This document shows positions 59,062 to 64,000 of a stretch of DNA of 64,000 nt, piece by piece. Within the stretch, counting starts at the first letter, position 1. Each line of letters opens with the position of its first letter. Source of the DNA: Candidatus Pacearchaeota archaeon (GTDB lineage Archaea; Nanobdellota; Nanobdellia; Pacearchaeales; UBA284); NCBI GenBank assembly GCA_038894195.1, contig JAWAPZ010000002.1:20401-84400 (forward strand), given 5' to 3'. The notes under the pieces were generated by a model that saw only the letters and a program-made list of their open reading frames with translations, made no database searches and was not told where the DNA came from. A program made the position numbers and the translations under genes.

Positions 59062-60528
59062 ATGAAAGAAAGAGAGAACAAACTTAAAAAAGTCCTTGAA
59101 ATAGCTTCAAAACGAGGATTCTTCTGGCCAACAGCTGAAATTTACCCAGACAAACAAGCTGGTTTTTTTGATTATGGTCAGAATGGTATTGCTTTAAAAG
59201 AGAACATTATTAAGATTTGGCGTAAAGAACTTGTCAGAAAGGAAGAAATGATCGAAATCGATGGTTCACAGATAATGCCAAAATCTGTTTTTATAGCTTC
59301 GGGGCATCTAACGAATTTCACAGACCCGTTAGTTTCTTGCCAAAAATGTGGTTCAAAATTTAAAGCAAACAGATTAATTGAAGAAGTAACAAAAAAGGAA
59401 ATTCCTGAAAAACTCTCGAATGAAAAATATGACGAGTTAATAAAAAAATATAAAATAAAATGTCCAAAATGCGGTTCGAATCTTAAAAAAACAGAACAAT
59501 GGAATATGATGTTAAGAACAGGCATCGGTGCTGAATTAAAAGAATGTTATTTGCGCCCAGAAACATGCCAATCAATCTTTATAAATTTTCCAAGGATATT
59601 TAGGACTGCAAGGGTAAAGTTACCATTTGCAATAGCCCAAATTGGCAAGGTTTTTAGAAACGAAATATCTCCACGACAAGGGCTTGTAAGATTGCGGGAG
59701 ATAACCCAAATGGAAATTGAAGTTTTTTTTAATCCTGAAAGAGAAAATGAAATGGATATCAAACAGGTAAAAACAGAGATCTTACCACTATACATCGAAG
59801 GAAAATTAATTAAAATGGGGGTTGAAAATGCTGTAAAAGAAAAAAAAATTTCAAGCAAATTAATCGCATACTATTTGGCACTATTAAAAAAATTTTATGG
59901 CGAGGTTGGAATAAAAAACGAATTTATGAGATTCAGATTGGTTTCTAAAGATGACCGACCTTTCTATGCAAAAGAAACTTGGGATTTTGAGGTTCTCACA
60001 AGTATTGGCTGGCTTGAATTATGTGCCTGCAACCATCGTGGGAATTATGATCTTTCAAGACATCAACAAGTTTCAAAGCAAAATTTTGAGGTTGTTGATG
60101 AAAATACTGGGAAAAAAGTACTTCCAAATGTTTTTGAATTATCTGCTGGTCTAGACAGAACAATCTTCGCACTTCTCGACACAAGCTACAAAGAAGAACC
60201 TAAAAATGACCGTACAACCTTTACCTTCTCGCCAAAAATAGCCCCGGTAAAAATAGCAATACTGCCTCTTGTCAACAAAGAAGGTATGCCTGAAATAGCA
60301 AAAAAAATCTATGAAGGGCTAAGAAAAGATTTTTCTTGCTTTTACGACGATTCTGGCTCTATTGGTAGAAGATACAGAAGACAGGATGAGATTGGTACTC
60401 CCTTTTGCATTACAATTGACAGCCAAACTTTAAAAGATGACACAGTAACAATTCGTGACCGAGACACAATGAAACAAACGCGGATAAAAATTGACAAACT
60501 AGATAAGTTCTTAAAAACTCAAATTTAA
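59062..60528 (+). CDS. glyS: glycine--tRNA ligase (archaeal/eukaryal class II GlyRS)
   Basis: RGFFWPTAEIYPDKQAGFFDYGQNG, YLRPETCQSIF, FRNEISPRQGLVRLREITQME, ELSAGLDRT. Confidence 0.95.
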   Translation: MKERENKLKKVLEIASKRGFFWPTAEIYPDKQAGFFDYGQNGIALKENIIKIWRKELVRKEEMIEIDGSQIMPKSVFIASGHLTNFTDPLVSCQKCGSKFKANRLIEEVTKKEIPEKLSNEKYDELIKKYKIKCPKCGSNLKKTEQWNMMLRTGIGAELKECYLRPETCQSIFINFPRIFRTARVKLPFAIAQIGKVFRNEISPRQGLVRLREITQMEIEVFFNPERENEMDIKQVKTEILPLYIEGKLIKMGVENAVKEKKISSKLIAYYLALLKKFYGEVGIKNEFMRFRLVSKDDRPFYAKETWDFEVLTSIGWLELCACNHRGNYDLSRHQQVSKQNFEVVDENTGKKVLPNVFELSAGLDRTIFALLDTSYKEEPKNDRTTFTFSPKIAPVKIAILPLVNKEGMPEIAKKIYEGLRKDFSCFYDDSGSIGRRYRRQDEIGTPFCITIDSQTLKDDTVTIRDRDTMKQTRIKIDKLDKFLKTQI

Positions 60529-60555
60529 ATATTATTCTTCCTTTTTTAAATTGTA

Positions 60556-60626
60556 GGGCCTGTAATTCAATGGAAGAATACGCCCTTGGCTAGGGTGATA
60601 TCCGGGTTCGACTCCCGGCAGGTCCA
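60556..60626 (+). tRNA. tRNA-Ala(GGC)
   Basis: Acceptor GGGCCTG/CAGGTCC with G3:U70, D arm ATTC AATGGAA GAAT, anticodon stem CGCCC/GGGTG, loop TTGGCTA (U at position 37), T arm CCGGG TTCGACT CCCGG. Confidence 0.85.
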
Positions 60627-60732
60627 TAATTGTTTTCATTTTAAATCAAGGGTTCTGCTAAAAAAGGATTGTAAGCATATCTCCCAGTATTTAAAATAAA
60701 AAGAAAAGAAAAAAATACAACTCAAGATAATT

Positions 60733-60963
60733 TTATTTTCTTCCTACAAATGCACTCAAAATTGCGAGTATCGCTATAATCAACCAAAGCACAAACTCAA
60801 GGGTCATAAAAACCGGCGTAATATACAATATCATAAACAATATTGCACCTATGAAGAACAAGATCACAAAGATCAAATTCAACTTCCCTTTTCCTAGCAA
60901 TAACTGCAGCAACCAGCCAATTAAAAAAAGTATCACCCCTATGTGCATCAAAATAAAGGCCAT
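60733..60963 (-). CDS. small membrane protein (76 aa)
   Basis: Three hydrophobic helices. GGAGG lies about 8 nt upstream on the minus strand. Confidence 0.5.
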   Translation of the reverse strand: MAFILMHIGVILFLIGWLLQLLLGKGKLNLIFVILFFIGAILFMILYITPVFMTLEFVLWLIIAILAILSAFVGRK

Positions 60964-61177
60964 TTTTAACCTCCTTTTATTAAAAACATAAAGAACTTGG
61001 CCTTTTTAAAGTTTGTTGCCCTAAAGAAAAAATCAGTGAGATAAGAAAAAGTAAAAATTTAAATAGCCAACCTGCTTAGAAAAGAAATGGTAAAAAAGAA
61101 GGAAGAAGAAAAAATTAATGAAAAAACAGACATCGACAACCTTGTGCCAAAATTAAGTTATATTGGCTAGTTCTAAA

Positions 61178-61579
61178 ATGGATTGTGTTTTTTGCAATAT
61201 TGTAAAGGGTAAAATTCCTTGCTACAAACTTTATGAAGACTCTAAGTTTCTTGCTTTCCTTGACATAAGGCCATTGAACCCTGGCCATACCTTGATTATA
61301 CCAAAAAAGCATTATCGGTGGGTTTGGGATGTTCCAAATATAGATGAATACTTTAAAGTTGTAAAAAAGATAGCAAATGCAATAAGAAAGGCTATAAAAA
61401 CAGAATGGGTTATCTCTCTTGTTATAGGAGAAGCAGTCCCCCATGCTCATGTCTGGCTCGTACCAAGATTTAAGGGTGATGGCCACCTAGAAGGGTGGCT
61501 TGACATAAACAATGTTAAAAAAATTCCAGAAAAAGAAATGAAAAAGATAGCTGAAAAAATAAAAAGAACAATTTATTGA
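61178..61579 (+). CDS. HIT-family (histidine triad) nucleotide hydrolase
   Basis: The ATG at 61178 gives MDCVFCNIVKGKIPCYKLYEDSKFLAFLDIRPLNPGHTLIIPKKH...VPHAHVWLVPR. Confidence 0.85.
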   Translation: MDCVFCNIVKGKIPCYKLYEDSKFLAFLDIRPLNPGHTLIIPKKHYRWVWDVPNIDEYFKVVKKIANAIRKAIKTEWVISLVIGEAVPHAHVWLVPRFKGDGHLEGWLDINNVKKIPEKEMKKIAEKIKRTIY

Positions 61580-62033
61580 GATAGGAAATAAATGCATTGA
61601 AAATGGCCGGCTTGATAGGGCAATAGAAGCATACAGCAAAGCTGGTAAAAAAGACTGGGTTGCATTTTTGAAACAATTTTGAAATTTTCTGATCTTTCAG
61701 CTTTTAGCTATCTCTATTTTTCTTAGATAATGCTCCGAGAATAATTTAATTAAACATGGAATTTTTGTTACAGCTTTGCAATCTTTTCAGCTGTTTGATC
61801 AAGCAATAAAAAATACAAAGCTGGTAAGGATGATTTGCTGCATAAAGTATCTAATATTTGATTCTAAGGTTATGCAGAATTTGTCCGTATATGCCCAGAC
61901 AGCATACCTTTATGCTCTAGGCCCGAATTCTCAAATTATATTAAATATGTTTAAATCGAGCCAAAGGTTACTTTTATATATTCTCTGTGATTTAAAAAGA
62001 ATGATCTGTGGTTGGAATTGCCATGGCCAAAAA

Positions 62034-63575
62034 ATGTTACAGCCAAGAGCTTATCAGCTTGCTATTTTTGAAACAGCAAAAAAGAAAAATACTTTAGTTG
62101 TATTGCCAACTGGTTTAGGTAAAACTCTAATTGCATTGCTTCTTGCTCAAGAACGTTTAAAACTCTTTCCTTCAAGCAAAGTTCTATTTCTTGCACCAAC
62201 AAGACCGCTGGCAGAGCAACATTTTCATTATTTTAAAAAAAATTTTCAAGAGGCTGAGAATATTGAAATGCATTTATTTACAGGCAGGATAAATGCCAAA
62301 AAACGTGCTGAAATATGGCAGAAAGCTCAGATAGTATTTTCAACACCACAGTGTATTCATAACGATCTTAAAAATAATCTTATAGACCTCAAACAAGTTT
62401 CTTTGTTGATAGAGGATGAGGCTCACAGATGCTTAAAGAACTATGGCTATACTTATGTTGCGCAAAAATATCTTGAACAAGCAAAAAATCCAAGACTTTT
62501 GGGCTTAACAGCCTCGCCAAGTCACGAAAAATCTAAAATAAAAGAAATTTGTAAAAATCTTGGTATAGAAGCTTTAGAAATAAGAACAAGAGAATCAGAA
62601 GATGTTAAACCATATCTACAGAAGTTGATTTACGAAATAGTTAAAGTAGAATTTCCTGAAGAACTTCAAGAGGTAAAGATTTTGTTAAAAAAAATTTATG
62701 ATAAAAAAATTCAAGAGCTAGAAAATAGAAAGTTACTATTTACTAAGGCAACAAAAAAAGCACTTTTAGAATTGCAATCAAAACTTAGAAATATGATCAT
62801 ATCAGGAGAAAAACATTTTAATGTTCTTAAAGGAGTAAGTGTCTGTGCTCAAGCAATCAAGTTACAACATGCTCTCGAGCTACTTGAAACTCAAACTCTA
62901 GAAACTTTATTTAACTACTTACAAGATCTTTATGAGCAGGCAAGAGAGAAGAAAAGTAAAGCGGTAATGCAAATTGTTAATACAAAAGAATTTCAAGATA
63001 CTTATTTAATCACCTCTAAACTCTACGAGCAAGGTTTTGAGCATCCCAAACTTTCTAAGCTAAAAGAGGTAATAATAAAAGAAGTTAAAAATAAACCTAA
63101 TTTAAAGGCGCTTATATTTTCACAATACAGAGATAGTGTAGCTAAAATTAATGACGAACTTACAAAACAAGGTATTAAATCAAAGATTTTTATTGGTCAA
63201 GCAAACAGAAGATTAAATGGCCTATCACAAAAAGAACAACAGTTAATCCTTTGGGAATTTAAAGAAGGCAAAATGAATGTTTTAGTTTCAACAAGTATAG
63301 GTGAAGAAGGTCTCGATATCCCTGAAGTTGACTTAGTTATTCTTTATGAGCCGATTCCAAGTGCAATCAGACAGATTCAGCGAAGAGGGAGAACCGCTCG
63401 CTTGAAACCTGGAAAACTTGTAATTTTAATGACAAAAGGAACAAGAGATGAAAGTTATCATTGGGCAGCTTTCCACAAAGAAAAAAAGATGTACGGCATT
63501 CTGCAAGATATAAAAAACCATTTTGAAAAAAAAGAAAAAAACAAAAAACAAAAAGATTTAAAAGAATTTGTTTGA
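62034..63575 (+). CDS. Hef/FANCM-type (ERCC4-related, COG1111) SF2 helicase, helicase domains only
   Basis: The ATG at 62034 gives MLQPRAYQLAIFETAKKKNTLVVLPTGLGKTLIA. Motifs IEDEAHR, LGLTASP, VLVSTSIGEEGLDIP and QRRGRTAR are present. No XPF nuclease domain follows. Confidence 0.8.
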   Translation: MLQPRAYQLAIFETAKKKNTLVVLPTGLGKTLIALLLAQERLKLFPSSKVLFLAPTRPLAEQHFHYFKKNFQEAENIEMHLFTGRINAKKRAEIWQKAQIVFSTPQCIHNDLKNNLIDLKQVSLLIEDEAHRCLKNYGYTYVAQKYLEQAKNPRLLGLTASPSHEKSKIKEICKNLGIEALEIRTRESEDVKPYLQKLIYEIVKVEFPEELQEVKILLKKIYDKKIQELENRKLLFTKATKKALLELQSKLRNMIISGEKHFNVLKGVSVCAQAIKLQHALELLETQTLETLFNYLQDLYEQAREKKSKAVMQIVNTKEFQDTYLITSKLYEQGFEHPKLSKLKEVIIKEVKNKPNLKALIFSQYRDSVAKINDELTKQGIKSKIFIGQANRRLNGLSQKEQQLILWEFKEGKMNVLVSTSIGEEGLDIPEVDLVILYEPIPSAIRQIQRRGRTARLKPGKLVILMTKGTRDESYHWAAFHKEKKMYGILQDIKNHFEKKEKNKKQKDLKEFV

Positions 63576-63585
63576 TTTTACAAAA

Positions 63586-63828
63586 ATGCAACAACACAAA
63601 ATAAAAGTTTATTCAACACCATCATGCCCATGGTGTCATATAGCCAAAAATTTTCTCAAAGAGCATGGTTTTGAGTTTCAAGAAATAAATGTAGCAGAAG
63701 ATGAAAAAGCAGCAGAAGAGATGATTAAAAAATCCGGTCAAATGGGGGTTCCTGTTATCGAAATTGATGATCAGATTATTATAGGTTTTAATGAACAAAA
63801 AATAAAAAAAATTCTTGGGATAAGATAA
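63586..63828 (+). CDS. glutaredoxin-like protein (CPWC)
   Basis: The ATG at 63586 gives MQQHKIKVYSTPSCPWCHIAKNFLKEHGFEFQEINV...GVPVIEIDDQIIIGF. Confidence 0.85.
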   Translation: MQQHKIKVYSTPSCPWCHIAKNFLKEHGFEFQEINVAEDEKAAEEMIKKSGQMGVPVIEIDDQIIIGFNEQKIKKILGIR

Positions 63829-63830
63829 GA

Positions 63831-64000
63831 TCACCCAAAAAACTCTTTAAAAGGATTTTTCTTTACCTCTTTTACCCAATTCTCTACTTTATATCTTTTA
63901 GCCTGGCCTCTCCAGGGCACAACAACTTCCTTTATGCCCGCGTTTATTATCATCCTTCTACAAACAATACATGGCTTGAATGAAAGAACATTGCCCCTAG
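63831..64000 (-). CDS. CMP/dCMP deaminase zinc-binding family protein (C-terminal part; the N-terminus lies outside the window)
   Basis: Hand translation of the minus strand gives ...RGNVLSFKPCIVCRRMIINAGIKEVVVPWRGQAKRYKVENWVKEVKKNPFKEFFG*. The PCxxC ...AGIKxVV motif is present. Confidence 0.65.
   Translation of the reverse strand, partial: RGNVLSFKPCIVCRRMIINAGIKEVVVPWRGQAKRYKVENWVKEVKKNPFKEFFG

Noticed and set aside
60964-61177. A 27-codon ORF (MVKKKEEEKINEKTDIDNLVPKLSYIG*) in the spacer upstream of the HIT gene.
   Set aside because: It is too short and too low in complexity to support. The region is more simply a divergent promoter spacer.
1-64000. A window-wide look for CRISPR arrays, transposases/IS ends, integrases, reverse transcriptase/DGR repeats, rRNA, SRP RNA and RNase P RNA.
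   Set aside because: I saw no regularly spaced direct repeats, no recognisable transposase, integrase or RT motifs in any track ORF, and no extended GC-rich structured non-coding segment other than the six tRNAs. This was visual inspection only, and an Infernal/Rfam scan would be the decisive test.

Overview
This 64 kb window is an AT-rich archaeal chromosome segment. Hand counts on sampled 60-nt lines give roughly 25-30% GC. Genes are tightly packed, with many ATGA or 1-4 nt junctions. Promoters are BRE/TATA-like, and their TATA centres sit about 26 nt upstream of leaderless ATGs or of short leaders carrying a GAGG/GGAGG Shine-Dalgarno-like site. The core gene content is unmistakably archaeal: aEF-1beta, aIF2-alpha, aIF5A, ribosomal proteins S27e/S15/S8e/S3Ae/L44e/L40e/L1/P0/P1, TFB, Spt5, SecE, FtsZ, SRP54/FtsY, RadA, RPA, GINS, a RecJ/GAN-like protein, LSm, RNase Z, EndA and GlyRS. 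The small-genome style, the many secreted or pilin-like proteins and a very short archaeosortase suggest a DPANN-type (Pace-/Woesearchaeota-like) organism, but that assignment is inference only. Four regions stand out. (1) Six tRNA genes are present and three of them carry four introns. Two of those introns sit at non-canonical positions (30/31 and 59/60), and I could fold every one by hand into a bulge-helix-bulge motif. A divergent RNase Z / EndA pair lies nearby. (2) Region 8.5-19.8 kb is a secreted-protein cluster. A 616-aa protein with a class III (pilin-type) signal sits directly upstream of a 2265-aa giant protein whose C-terminus stacks three cell-wall-hydrolase-like modules (LytM-like, papain-like Cys/His, RlpA/3D-like barrel). 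A 643-aa paralogous effector lies beside them. (3) Region 33.1-47.2 kb is a split type IV filament locus. It contains a FlaJ/PilC-like platform and about 12 pilin-like genes, four of which share an unusual KKG[AV]E leader. The FlaI/PilB-like ATPase carries a Cys4 insertion and lies 9.7 kb from the platform. A divergent operon encodes a PRC-barrel protein and three paralogous membrane proteins. (4) A 171-aa archaeosortase-like gene at 57.3 kb pairs with a 985-aa sequon-rich surface protein that ends in a PGF-CTERM-like 'PGW'-TM-basic tail. I saw no CRISPR array, transposase, integrase, reverse transcriptase or rRNA. Several real genes fall below the ORF-track threshold (Zn-ribbon protein, SecE, L40e, a 47-aa pilin-like gene). 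Many track ORFs are antisense artefacts or TTG-extended N-termini. All functional calls rest on motif recognition by eye, and no searches were run.
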